DNA of 62,873 nt, counting the filler, from Atractiella rhizophila (taxonomy: Eukaryota): the NCBI GenBank assembly GCA_021432655.1. It is 4 parts of 4 records of this genome, joined end to end, with 100 filler letters (N's around TTAATTAATTAA, not from the genome) between each part and the next. Parts side by side here need not be neighbours in the genome. Positions count along the whole stretch, not along the records: positions 1 to 25,329 come from MU271775.1; 3 more parts are not named here. One strand, given 5' to 3'. Made by a program: the position numbers and the translations under genes. Shown here in pieces: positions 1 to 13,153 of this stretch. The notes beneath the pieces were generated by a model. That model was given only the letters and a program-made list of their open reading frames with translations, was not told the origin of the DNA and searched no databases. Within the stretch, counting starts at the first letter, position 1, and each line of letters starts with the position of its first letter.

Positions 1-2696
1 GGTGAATGCAGGAGAGCTGGTGATTGAGCCCGAGGAGAAACAGCTGGAGAACCCATCCTTGGACTCGCGCTCGCTCTCGGGGAGATGGGGGACCTGGCTC
101 CACTGTCGGGTGGGACGATGACCTGGACAGATTGACCCCAACTCTCCTCCCTGACGTGACCATTGGGGCGAAGAGGTGCTGCAGAGACGGGGCTCGGAGC
201 GAACTCGATTTCATTTTCGCCGAGATCTGCGCTGCTTCTTAGAGAGTTGACATCCATAGAAACCATCGGAAGCAGTGAAGGATCCTTCTTCTTCGCTCCT
301 CCCATGAATCCCCATCCTCCAGTGCTCCTACGTGTCCCAGTCAAACTTGTCCTGCTGTCATTATCCTGGTAATTCGCGTATGCATTAGGTTGCGCGTACG
401 ATGTGGGACTCATGATTGGCGATCCGGAAGATCGATTGTACAAGTCATCAGCAGTTGGTAGAGCAATTGGTGCCGGAGGTGGAGGAGCTGCTCGTTTGAG
501 GGAAGATCGGTTAGACGAGGAGGTGGAAGAGCGACGATCAGCGTGCATTGCTCCGATAGGAGAAGGCGGTTGAACGTTCACGTTCATGCTAAGAGGACCC
601 GAACCACTAGGCCCATTTAAGGATATGCTTCCTCTCGCTGTACTTGATCGAGGTGACAAGGTCGCGGTATCGAAATTGTCCCTAAATGTTTATGAACTCT
701 CGAGCGTAAATGGGAAAAAGAAGACGAACTCTTTATCCTTGCCTTTCGAGTTCTCATCGTTCCTGCTTTGCGTGTAGAGAGCTCTTTCCCGCTTCTGCAA
801 CTCTAACCGTCCTAACAACCCTTCCCTGTCTCTCCACAATCTCCTGCTCCTTTCTGCGAGTGCACCTACTACTCCTCCCTCACCTTCATGATCAGCGGTC
901 CACTTTTTCCACTCCTTTCTCAGTCTCCACTTAGAGGGATGTCGAGCCTTCACTGGTCCCCTGAAGTTCCCACCACCAAAAACAGCGCTATCCTTCTTCT
1001 TGCTCACAACTCCATTCGCTTTCTTCCCATTGATGTACCCATCATCGTCGAAGTAGAGCCCGTCTGAAGCGTCGCTGTCGTCCTGCACTCCTTCAAGACC
1101 ATTCTCGAGATATCCTAAGTCGCCAATCCCATCCTCGCTTCCACTGGTGCCCACTTCCTCCTCATCAACCTCCAACAACCTGTTGCCAAACGCCGCAAAG
1201 CCCGCTCCACCCCTCTCAACGTCCTCGGCGAATCCTCTGAGGAAGCGACCCCAACCGCCGGTCCCCTCACAACCGTACATGACCACTTTCTCGTCTATCT
1301 CCCTTCCAAAAGCGATCACCTGTCCGGGACAACCTCCCTTCGTCCCTTCCGCCGGCTGAGGAGGATCAAGGTCGATTCCGATGTAATTACCGCAACGATC
1401 AGTGAGGAGAGGGATCCACCCAGGGTGTGAGTACGTTTCCTTCACCCATCCCGCCGGACAAGAAGACATGGAGGCGGCAGCGATGGGAGGCTTGAAATCG
1501 TTCGGGAAATACGAGGATTGAGCCGACATTGCTGGAGTCGGTGTTGCGATAGGGACCGATTCAAAAGGAGCGCCTTCAACGGCTTTGCCTTTGCCTTTTC
1601 CTTTTCCTTTCAGGTCGTTCGCGGGAATAAGTGCGGTCCCGACACCGTCCCACTTCCTCCAGAAGCCCCATTCAGTCTCGATCTCCTCGACGCTCATGAG
1701 CCACAACCCCCAGACCAATCCCTCACCCCTGCCTCCACCGACGACAGAGAAGGAGTCCTGTCCATCGTGAATTGACCACATCTCCAGTACAGCTCTGGGA
1801 ATGGTGGAGAAGGACTCGACATATTTCTGGAGAGGGTGCGATGACAGTTTCTGCAGTAAATTATGGAGTGGGGCCGGAAGATTCGGGAAGTTTGCAGAAG
1901 GCGGAGGAAGAATAGAGAACGGGTTTGGATACGTCGATAGGTGGTCCATTACCGCGGGCGGAAGTGGAGAGAGAGGAGCCGAAAGCGTGAGCGTCAAATC
2001 GACGGGAAGGTGGTTTCGTATTAAAGCGAAAGTTTGGAAGAGTGGTGGATAGGCAGCGTGGTATAGTAGGGTTGACAACGGAGGTGGTAGCGGTGGAGGA
2101 AGGTCAGGAACTTTTGGTGGAAGGTTTGGGGGCCTCCTATCCAATTGAGACGGCAGGGGAGCACGGTGAAACGAGGAGATAGAGGAGAACTGAGCCGGTG
2201 GCGGAGCTGCAATGGAAAGGGGTCTGCTTCTTCCCATTGGAGAATGGTCGGAAGGAATCCCGCGATAGGTCTCAGTGTCTCTGGCGACTCTATCAGCGTA
2301 GGAAAACTCTTCCTCCTCCATTTCCTCTTCTTCTTCCCTCGTTACTCCTTCAGGAGCAGCGTAGTCCCTGGACCATCCTTCATTCGAGTAGAAAGTTGTA
2401 ACCTTCTCGGGATCATCGATATCCTCTTCCCCATACTCTTCTGCGTCCTCGTCACCCCGTTCATAGTACTCACTCTCGTACACCCCACCTCCGTCATGAT
2501 AGTTGCCCCTGCCACTCCCTGGCGTGTAAACCTGATAGTTTGGTTGAAATCCACCTCCGTACGTCTGCTGAGGCTGCGCGGGATGGGGAGTGCCTACTGA
2601 GTGAGAACGAGGGAGGATGGGACGGTCTGACGCATAGTCTTCCTTGGTATTAGAGGGATAGAAAAACGCTGAGAGCCGCGCCGCAAGCTTGGACAT
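1..2696 (-). CDS. SMI1: Knr4/Smi1-like cell-wall assembly regulator (3' end runs off the window)
   Basis: ORF 690-2696 has the SMI1/KNR4 core (HDGQD...YSHPGWIPLLTDRCGNYIGIDLDP...GQVIAFGREIDEKVV). A 48-nt GT-AG intron at 682-729 continues the frame (KDKE|DNFDTATLSPR...) as a Ser/Pro-rich exon to base 1. Confidence 0.85.
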
Positions 2697-4026
2697 TGCC
2701 TAGCTAATATCCTCAGTGCTGCACTCTGCTGCTGCCTTTACTGACTCACTGTCGCTATGTAAGAGAAATATGAAGAATAATGGGATCCTGACTGAAGGTG
2801 CTGATGTCGTCGTTCGTCTTGGTGGTCGTTTCGGAATTGACCCTTGCGCAAGATTTACGACGACGACCAGGTGCAAACCCTTTCACGCGACAGGCACCAG
2901 GTGGCTAAGCAGCAGCGTAGAAAGTAGCTGAAAGTAAGGGGACCACTGGTGAGAGGTTCTCCTGTGCTCTGTCCGTATCGGATCCCTTGTGTTTGTGTTG
3001 CGTGGAGGGTAGCCCCGCGAAGTTGAGCTTCCCACGGTGCAATGTCCGTGACCGTGGAGACAAATTCTTCAAATCTGCATTCAGGTCAGACCTGCATGCC
3101 TTTCACAGTTGAATGAAAGGCTTGACGGAGCTCTAGCATGCGTTCTCTGCTTGTTCTGCTCCTGTCAGAGCTTTGGGTCATTCGGACCTACCTAGGCCCC
3201 TGCCGAAACTGCTTCTCACACCATGTCGCAGCTTGTATCCAAGTCTGCATTCTGAGCTTAGTTTCCTTATGTGATTCTCATGTGTGTGTGAGTACTGTTT
3301 AGAACGAGAGCTCTGAATGCTTGGCGAGGTCACATTCTTCGACGACGACTCACGATGACATTCAATAAATAATCTAGAGTTTTATGGTGCTCAATTCATT
3401 TCTACCCTACTTTGTTGCCTGCATAAGAGTGTTCGGGACCTCCTACTTTAACCAGTCAAGCATTATGTCCCCAACCGTGCACTGCGTGAAGGAGGCTTAG
3501 TAGTGCTTACCTCTGCATCTGCATCTGTTCTCATGCAAGCTTAAATCAAAGCCACTTCGTTCATTCAGACCGTGTTGTATTGAAAACCGCAAACCATGTA
3601 GCACTGTCATCTTCAGAAATAATCCGGAGTTCGAAAGTCAGCATCTCTGTTGATTGATTGAATTGGTATGAGTGAGAGCCTAAGGGGAGAGCATATTGAC
3701 GCGTTAACCAAGAAATCTGTATTTCCTTGAACTCACTTACATGAGACTGAGGCGATTCTGCCGTCTATTGTCGTTCCTCAGCTTTCTCGAGCGAACTGTG
3801 GCTCCTTGTTGGGAGAACTGTCTTCAGCCTGACTCCGCACACAAGAGCAGTACGTTTTACTGTAGACTGCTATGGCAAAATGGACCGTCGAAAGGTTGAA
3901 GCTGAGATAACGATACGGCCAGGGCACAGTGGTCGAGTCACGTCGACCTCCGCCAACACGTCGTGATTGTAATCCAGTGGCATCCGGTGACATCCACTCC
4001 GCTCAACTATAAAACGGGTGCCACAC

Positions 4027-5256
4027 ATGGCCTCGCACTCTCCCACCAGTCCCACATCTGCGTTAGAGCAGGGAGATTCTCCTGACATCCTGTTGCACAT
4101 CCTCGAAACGCGTCGCCTCGCATCACTCTCTAAACTCTCCGCTGAAATGACTTCCACACCGTTCGTCATCGTCAGTCATGACTCCATTGTCGACTTCTCG
4201 ACATACCTCTACACAGCCGAAGGCGAACTCGATACCTCGCGCCTGAATGCAGCTCTTGGAAGATCTCTCGAAGCCGATCTGATCAATCTGCCCATCGATC
4301 TTGACAAGGCGTCATGGACAACCGTCGAAGATGGAGAGAAAAAGATTGTGCACGTCCATCGTCATTTATGCTTTAGTAAAGATTAATGCAGCCACAGTCT
4401 GGTAGCCGCCTTCTTCCGGGGTTACATCGGCATTTTTTCTCCTTCACCCATCGCTCCCTCCAGTCCAGCCATTCAAGTTCTAGCGCAACACCTCATCACA
4501 GATGCCGGCTTTGCTCCTACAGATCTGCAGACCATCGTAGGAGGTCGCTCTCTCGTCCGAGCGTTTCAAGAACATTGTCTCGAAGCCTACTCCCTCCGTT
4601 CACCAGCAGGCGAACCTCATCCAGTCGTCCTCGCCAAACCTGTGCTGGCAATCAAAGGTGGAGCACTACGATCTGACGCCTTCCCGAAAGCTCGCTTCGA
4701 ATCTCTCTTCGCCTCTTCCCCTCCAAATCACTCGGTTTTGGCTCTAGAAGACGCTGTAGCTCTCGAAGGCATCTCGAGCGATGCAGTCGTGCGAGAGACG
4801 GGAAATTTGCTTGCCAATTTCGTCGCACATGGGTCCGAGCCGTCAGAAGCGGCCAAGGCCGAGGCGCTGGATGGAGTCAAGCTCTTTCTCTCTCGCAAAA
4901 GGAGCAAGATCTTTTGGGTCTACTTTATCCGCCAGGACGACAGCTTTTCCATTGCCGGTTACGCACTAACGGGTAGAGAGTCTCCTAACTGCATTGCGTT
5001 TCGGAATGTCTATGTCGATCCACAGTTTAGGAAGCAGGGGATAGCGGAGAAGATGGTGCTTACTATCTCTAAATACAATCTGGAAGAAAAGGGGAAGAAA
5101 GAAATAAATCTGTTTTGTGAAATTGAGAACGGCACTGCGATGCGCCTGTATGAGAGATGTGGATTCGAATGGATCCAACATGAAGCGGTGGATGGTGAAG
5201 ATGGAACCTTCGTCGTTCAGCAAGGATGGGAAGGTGTGAAAAGGGCTCCATGGTAG
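4027..5256 (+). CDS. GNAT-family acetyltransferase
   Basis: C-terminal motif A (FRNVYVDPQFRKQGIAEKMV) and motif B (ENGTAMRLYERCGF); one intron at about 4348-4397 joins the two ORFs. Confidence 0.8.
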
Positions 5257-5382
5257 ATAATTAGAAGTAGATGTAAGAATGGATTATCAGGACTGTTGTG
5301 TTGCAATCTTTGATCGCGATTGTATATGCAAACTGACATGCAAACAATTCACTCATGTGACGACAAGAAAAGTGATTTGGAA

Positions 5383-6387
5383 TTAGACGACTCTCTTGAT
5401 CGCCGGTTGGACGGATTGGTAGACGGTGTCAATGTCTGGAGTTGTATCTATCTCAGCAACCTTTTCTCCTTCCTGCGATCTGTAGTATTCAACGACGGGC
5501 ATGGAAGTTTCGATGAAGGTTTCTAGTGCCGAGTTCTAAGTATGAAAAACTATAGGAAACATTAGATTGCTCACTAAAGCGTTTCTTAATGCTCTCTTCG
5601 TTATCATCCGCTCTTCCACTCGTCTTCCCTCTCTCCAAAAGTCGTTGTAAAAGCACATCTTGGGGACACTGCAGAAAGAGAACTAGGGAGACAGGGCACA
5701 CCTTTTCCAAGTGTCAGTTCGAGTTAAACAGCTAAAAGGACATCACAGACCGCCTGCTCGAATTTGTGAGCCTGGTCCATCTTGCGCGGAAAACCATCGA
5801 TGAGGAAAAGTTTCTTCTCCCGCTTTCCACTCGCTTTGTCCACTATTGCCTCTTCCATGGCGTTCTGCAAAAGTTTAACGGTGATCTCCATAGGGACAAT
5901 TTGCCCTTCCTTGATGTAATTGGCGATAAGTTGTCCATAAGGAGAGCCTTCCCGCTTTTGCTCTTCTCTGAGAAGGTCACCGGCTGAAAGGAACTATGAG
6001 TCTAATCTGTTGAGCAGAGCGAGGAGACTGACCAGAAAGGTGCACAAATCCAAACTCCTTGACGATCTTTTCGCATTGGGTTCCCTTTCCTACGCTCCAC
6101 CTCTAAACAACTTTCCTTTGATCAAAAAACGACGCACCAGCCCCAGGTCCTCCCAGAACAAAAACGACGACCGCTTCATCAGAAGTAAACACCGGCTTAT
6201 CCGACAGCTCCACGCTCCTTTTCACGTCTCCCTCCTGTTCCTTGACCTCAGGTTTCGCGATCTCCTCCTTTTTAGGTTCTACCTCCTTTGCTTCTTGTAC
6301 CTTCTGAGCCGATTCATTCTTCCCATCTTTCTTGTCGGAAGAAAAGATCCCCTTCAGCTTAGCTTCGAGCTTGTCGATGACAGGCAT
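5383..6387 (-). CDS. URA6: UMP-CMP kinase (adenylate kinase family)
   Basis: Spliced exons give [63 protein letters not shown] and [13 protein letters not shown]...KRVV*. Confidence 0.9.
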
Positions 6388-6975
6388 GTTAACGAGCTGC
6401 TCGGATTCTCTTGTCTTGTTCTCGTTTGCGAACCAAATACGCGAATGTTGCTGCACCATTTTTTAGCCTCTTTGCAAACGTATACAACAAATATTGACCT
6501 GTTGACGCTCCTATGAGTCCTAGAATCCCGAAAGCTCGTGCAATGGTCACAGTAGAGATCTTTGCTGACGAGCGCTGAACTGACTTCATCGTCGCGAAGA
6601 GGCCATTATAACTACCTGACTAAAGTTCTCGCTTGCATGTGATTCTCTCTCACTGCCGAGATAGCATCTTCAAAATTTCGACACTATGAGAGGGTGAAGA
6701 TGTTAGAGAATATTGTAGATTCTTTTGCAAGTTTATCCTGGATTTATTACAAGTCAAAGGAACCTCAGAACAATACGTTAGTAAGTATCCGCCAATCTGG
6801 GACAGCGCACGTGACAAATCACGACCCCTTGAGCAAGAACACACCAGGAATAGCTGCTGAAGCTGGAGATATAGTCTTCGATTCTCAAAGATCTCTCTAG
6901 CAAACAGCTCCAGTCTCCGTCCAGGCAGCGGGGTGATTGCTCAGGTTCTTCACCTCCAGCTCGATCCCAACTTCG

Positions 6976-8797
6976 ATGGCTAATTGCTTCACTTTCCTGA
7001 TTTTGGCTTTCGTTGCTGGTTTTGTGGATGCTCTGCCGTCCAAGACGCAACAGATTCCCTTGACAAGTTCACCGAACCAGTTTCGAACGATAGGCGGGTA
7101 TGTAGAAGGCTTCAGAGGCTGGAGTTCCTGGTCTTTGCAGGCCTATAGACAGCCAGTGGGTATTTGAATTCAGGGTGGTACGGTTGATGCTCATTGTTAT
7201 AGGGATACGGATTTGATTGGCTCAATGAAACGAATGTCATGGAAGTGGCAGAAGTGGTCTCTACTCGCTTGCGGCCTTTTGGGTATGTAACCACTGCATT
7301 CTGACAGAGCGGATCTCAGTTATTTGGACAGGTACCGTCGCATAAATCTTGATTCGGGGTGGTCCGTAAGTCAAATATTCGATTATAACTTCTTCAGAGT
7401 AAAGTTGATACTGTGTTAGGGCGGTGAGGACAAATACGGACGACCCATTCCCTCTCTCACCAAGTTTCCTTCTGGTGCTCAAGCTCTCTCGTCCTTCCTA
7501 AGCGATCGCGGTCTCGAATTTGGACTTTACTTCCTACCAGGAATTGTTTCAGGAGCAGTGAGCAAGAATGCACGTATCTTTGGAACAAGCTACACTGCTC
7601 GAGAAATCATCCACTCCAACGCTGCTTCGGTGCCAGCGAACGCCTTCACCCTTGGAAAACCGCTCAACTACTCTCATCCAGGTGCTCAAGCATATATTGA
7701 TTCTATAGTCCGGCAGCTATACGACTGGAACGTTTCCTTCGTCAAATTGGACGGTCTCGTCCCTGGCTCGTCCATCAATCAACGTTTCCCCCCCTGGCGC
7801 ACGATGTCGACCCATAGCGACCTCTTAGCCTGGCGGAGCGCGATAGACCGACTCTATCCTGGAGGCAATAAGAAGAAAATCTGGCTAGGCGGATCATGGG
7901 AGATTCCTCCTCACGATTCCGCCTGGATAGCAACCACTACAGACAGCTGGAGAGTTTCCATCGATGTGGAGGAATACGGGAAGCGCCTCACTACTTGGGA
8001 TCGGGTCGTGAGAAACTCTAAGAAAGGTGCCTTGTGGACGAGCACAGGAGAGTGGGACAGGAAGGGGTTGCTGGACCTTGATTCTATTCCGATTGGGGAT
8101 CTAGATTTAGAAGAAGCGAGGAGCATGATCACTATTTGGGCAATCATGGTGCTTCTTTCTTGTTCTTTCGCTCTCAGCTTTATTCAAGCTGATAACACGG
8201 AAAGGGTGGGCCATTTTACTCTGGTGATGACCTACGGACCCTCCCAGAATCTTATTTTACACTCCTGACAAATCCCTCCGTTCTGGAAATTCATCGACTC
8301 GCTGCAACATCCCCTGCTCGCTTGCTAGGTTTCAGAAAGGACCTCAGTGCCGAATGTACGCTGACGGTCGAGGAAGCTATGACACTAGAAGCTAAACGGA
8401 AGGCAGTTCGAAGGTTTGCAGGCGAGAGGGAAGGATCCCCAACTTTTTTCGCGTCTGCTGCTACCATGAATCCTCCTCCCCATGAAATGGAATGGGTGCA
8501 TCAGCGATGGTGGTCTCAATGGGAAGATGGGACAGTCATCATTGCTCTAATAAATGCTGGAGAATTGACAAAGAGAGATCGCAAGTCATCAGACGCTGAA
8601 TATGGTCATGTCTGACATGATTAGTAGATGCTGATACCATCGCCCTCGACATCAAAGATTTCAATCTCCCCCAGACCTCCTACCATTTATTCGATGCTTG
8701 GGACACAAGGGAACTTGGGATGCTCACCGTTGAGAGCCCGCTTTCTTTTTCGCTGGAAAGACACGGATCAATTCTCCTTCGACTTTCACCAGCATAA
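6976..8797 (+). CDS. Secreted glycoside hydrolase, GH27 (alpha-galactosidase-like)
   Basis: Signal peptide MANCFTFLILAFVAGFVDA; GWSSW, FVKLDG (nucleophile region), DSWRVSIDV and LDLDSI motifs; several introns; ends ...HGSILLRLSPA*. Confidence 0.75.
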
Positions 8798-8929
8798 TTG
8801 TTGTCCAAATGAAATTGTCAAATGATGAGATTGCTTTTCTCTCCTTTGTTATTTGTATGTACAACAGGATGTTGAGTATGTTTTGTTGTATCGAGTTCGA
8901 AACAATGTTGGAATTGAGATTGGAGGCTT

Positions 8930-11900
8930 TCATATGAGCCTGATTCCCTTCGCACCATCTGCGATCGCTACAACTCGAGATCCGAAATCGAATGCATCTC
9001 CCTACAACAAAAGACTCGTCAGACTTGCAGTTAGTTCAATTTTCCAAGTTGGCATACCTCGAATGCCACAAACTCTTTTATTTCACTTCCAACTTCGAAT
9101 GTCTGTCTGCTTGTCGCATGAACTCCAAAAATCTCCTCGACATTAGATGACACCCAGTCAAGCGCTTCTGACTTCGAAATCCGTCCATTAGAGTTGAGGT
9201 AGACTTGCGCTGCCTCCCAGAAAAGGTGGCGCGTTTGCCAGGCACCGCCAGCTCCTAAGGCTATTGTGACATTTCTGGTTGCGAGATAAACTGGAAGTGA
9301 ATCCGGGGACAGTGGAGGACCATCCAGGCTGAATCACAACTGAGCAACTATCGCGCCACCTGAGCTGAATAAAGAACAAACCATCTTCGAGTGTCCCAGG
9401 CTCCAGGATAGCAGCGAGGACGAGTGATCGCGACAGCAACTCCAGCTTCAGCCAGTTCGTCAGCGACAAGATGTGCCTCAGTCGCGCCACTCAGTACCAG
9501 CTTGAGTGAAGGGAACTCCTTCTTGAGTCTCAACAGGCTCGCTATATGATCGGCCTTCTCCACTTCAACGACGAATGGTAGATCACCTTTGGCGGCCTTG
9601 CCGAAAGCGTCATCTCCAGAAAGGAGAGTACGGAGGGCGGCAATTTGTGTGCTGATTGAAACCGGTCCGTGTCTAAGCGAAACATGAAGGTTCTCGTTTT
9701 GTTAGGCCCTTCCAAGTCGTCAAGAAGTCCCGAAGAAGGCAACTACGTGGTGAAAGCAACTGATATCTAGTGCCCTTTTAGAGAACGTAACCATAGTTAA
9801 CGCGCTCTAGACGGCCAAAGTCATCGTCTAGCTATCTAGAATTTAAACCTAGATAGCAAGGAGGACGATGACAAATACCACCTCCGAACCCAGACCCTCT
9901 CTAAGGAAGACTTCGGAGATGTTTGCCATACTAATGGGAAAGGACGGCGGTACGTTGTGCGACTACAAGGACTGACGTCTGCCTCGACACATACTAGACA
10001 GTCAAACGAGAAGGCCAATACGGTGGAAAAGAATGGGCAACAGAGTCCAATTGCAGCAGCTGACTTCGTAGCCTGGACTTCCTTGACAAGCGGCACCTAT
10101 GCGGCCAGTCTCGTCACCTACCGAACAGGAAGCCGCCTTTCTTACAGTTCTGCTGTATGCTCTCGCCTTAGTGCAAGCGTTGAAGGAAGGTCAGCTTTAC
10201 TAGATGACTCACAGAGGATATCATCATTCCGATAGAGACGTGGACGACGGTCGCCCAAAAAGTCGCCGTAAAGATGGTAAAAGTTTTGGCTACCTTGGGT
10301 GCGAGATCTTTTCCCACGTCAACAAGTTCTCCTTCAACGANNNNNNNNNNNNNNNNNNNNNNNNNNNNNNNNNNNNNNNNNNNNNNNNNNNNNNNNNNNN
10401 NNNNNNNNNNNNNNNNNNNNNNNNNNNNNNNNNNNNNNNNNNNNNNNNNNNNNNNNNNNNNNNNNNNNNNNNNNNNNNNNNNNNNNNNNNNNNNNNNNNN
10501 NNNNNNNNNNNNNNNNNNNNNNNNNNNNNNNNNNNNNNNNNNNNNNNNNNNNNNNNNNNNNNNNNNNNNNNNNNNNNNNNNNNNNNNNNNNNNNNNNGAG
10601 TCTTAAGCGTCCATTTTAGAACGTGCTTTTGCCTTCATGCCATCGGTAGATTGTTACTTTACACTGACTGGAATACGCGTCAAGGACAGCAGATGTTCTC
10701 GCTAGTACGTCAAAATCTGAGGTCCATACGACACGAGAGAGGAAGGAAAACGACCGACTGGTTTTAATCCATAGAGCAGATGCTTCGACGAGTTCATGAA
10801 ACGAGATGCGAAGGTATCAGCTGACAGCCACTGCAAAACTGTATCCGAGTAGTGAAACCCAATGGACTTCCACGGTAAGCCTCTCGTTTATACCTTCCCA
10901 CGGAACTATGTGAACGGGTCAAGGAGAGGAAGAAACTATAAACCTCATATTTGTCGCAAACATGGCGATGGCTGGTGCACCACCATACGTCTCCTTCAGT
11001 CGATCGGGAACAAGGTAAGCTTCGTGCGCGTGGTGGAAAGCAGCGATAGGGAACTGAATTGGAGTTGTTTTGCATGTTCCAAGGAAGACGAGGACAGACA
11101 TACTTTAAACTCATTAGAGTGACGGATGATGGCATCAAAATCTGTCGTTTCTGTTTCGCAAGTTCAAAAAAAAGCGTTCTGTAAGGAGAGAGCGGAGGCG
11201 TACCGTAGCAGTGGGTGTTGAGCTACACATTGTAGCGTCATCGACCAATCACCACTGCAAACTTAACATGACAAACCTTGACTCTTCCCCTGAGCAAGTC
11301 TACCAGTGCTTCCCATTGCAAATCCTCTGGGAACTTCTCTTTCAACACCTCCTTCGATTCAGCAGCAGCGTATGCCTTGGAACAGTATTCGTCTTGTGAT
11401 TCTTTAATGAGACGAGCCTTCTCAAAAGCAGAACGGAACTATATTCCGAGTCATTTGTGATGATGGAGCTTCCGTAGGACTTACGTTCCAAGCGAGGTCG
11501 AGACGGACCTGCCCGTAGACTCGGCGACTGTGGCAAAGGCATCGTCAGTCCTGCCCTGCAGGGGAAGATGATGGAACGAACATATTTTCTCCACATGCTC
11601 CTTTCATATGCCTCCACCTCAGATGTCCTTGCTCAGCGTACACCCTTGCATCCCTATCACTGGTTACATTCGGAATATTGAAAGGCGGTTCGAGAGTCAT
11701 AGAAATGGGAGTGTTTTCTTGTGTTTTTCGATTTTTGAACAGAAACGCTTGACCACCGATCTGTTCTCAGTTCCTGGTCTCAGATGGTACCCCTTTAGTG
11801 GAAAGAAGTTACTAACATTGTTTGCTGATCCAGGAAGAACTGAACTTGCAGTATCAGCACATGAAAAATGAGTGAGACAGTCCCACCAAGTGAAGTTGTA

Positions 11901-12810
11901 ACACCACCACCCGCAATTCTGTGCCTGGCTAAATCATGGGTATTGTATCCATCTAAACTCCTAAGGTATGGAAGAATTGGATTCTGCCTCCTGTCCTCCC
12001 AAGTAAAGTCAATCAGTGTCCTATCCCTTCTAAATAGGCTAGCTGAGACGCACGAATTTGTATCGCTCGCACCTGACAGACCAGGAGCGGCTCCAACTCC
12101 AGAGTGAGAGTGCAGATCGACCAGTCCTTCACGGCAACGACAGCTGAGTGAGTTGAAAGACAACCTCGAAAACGGAACGTACCGGGAGTCAAGAAGGCCC
12201 CATGAGCGTCAATTTGGATGACATCTTCAGAGAAAGAGGTCAAGCCTTGACCGATTTCGACGATAACTCCCCCATCGAGGTAGATGTCGGTTCCAGACAA
12301 CTAAGCGTTTCCACAACGTCAACCAAACTATTTGGAGGGGGAGAATCCAGAAGAGTCACGCACGAGTTCACGACCGTCGTCCTCTCCAGTCCAGACTGTT
12401 GCGTTCTTGATAAGGACTGCCTTTGTGCCTTCCACAAACCTGTCGCTCTTTCTCCTCCCCTCGGCGAAGTTAGCTACAAATCCATTTCGGTCAGTGCATC
12501 CCTCCTTCATACAGACTAAATACCAAAGAAGCGTACCGGGAGCACCTGGCGTCAGAGCAAGTTGGTCACACTTTGCGAGAGAAGATTTGAAGCTGTCAAT
12601 TTCATAAGGTGAGAACACAGGGACCAGCTTTGATTCGAGCGTGGAGGATCGGTATCCGAGCGAAGTCCATGCCCAAAAGCAGAGAGGGATGAGAATGGCT
12701 CCTTTGACGAGCTTATGGGGGGCGAAACGCTGTCTCTTCAAAGTCGAAGTTTGCGTGTTAACCGCGACCGGGTCGTAGGCTGGCAGCTCAAACTCTTCTG
12801 CTCGCCCCAT
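8930..12810 (-). CDS. Amidohydrolase-superfamily protein with two metallo-hydrolase domains, paralog 1; middle part gapped and garbled
   Basis: N-terminal TM segment; IKNATVWTG, DAHGAFLTPG, DLHSHSGV, LPYLRSLDG, AFHHAHEAYLVPD, KADHIASLLRLK; ends GDAFDFGSRVVAIADGAKGIRLI*. Region ~9650-10860 flanking the N gap cannot be read in frame. Confidence 0.75.
10341..10597. other. Intra-scaffold assembly gap (257 N)
   Basis: Run of N without a linker; homologous amidohydrolase sequence on both sides. Confidence 0.97.
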
Positions 12811-13153
12811 CTTTCCTTTAACTGTCTTACACGAAACTGGTCGCTTGCAACTGGGGAGAGGCGGGGACCATGTATTATCTTTTATCGAAGCTCAATTTGA
12901 TTTGCTCATCCCCAGCCCAAATTTGATAAGATGGCGCTTGCCGCCGTGTGGAACTCGTGCGCGAGAAACAAGTCGCGCAGGAACGCGCCACAAGGTGTCT
13001 TCATCCACGAAAGGATTTGACATGTACTTCTCTTCATTCAAAAGCAGTGTAAATCTACAGATAGAAACGCATAGAAACGAGTGCAATTTAACACAGAGTG
13101 CTTGGGATGACAACAACACAGAAGCAATGTCAGCCAAGGGACCGGAAGGACAT

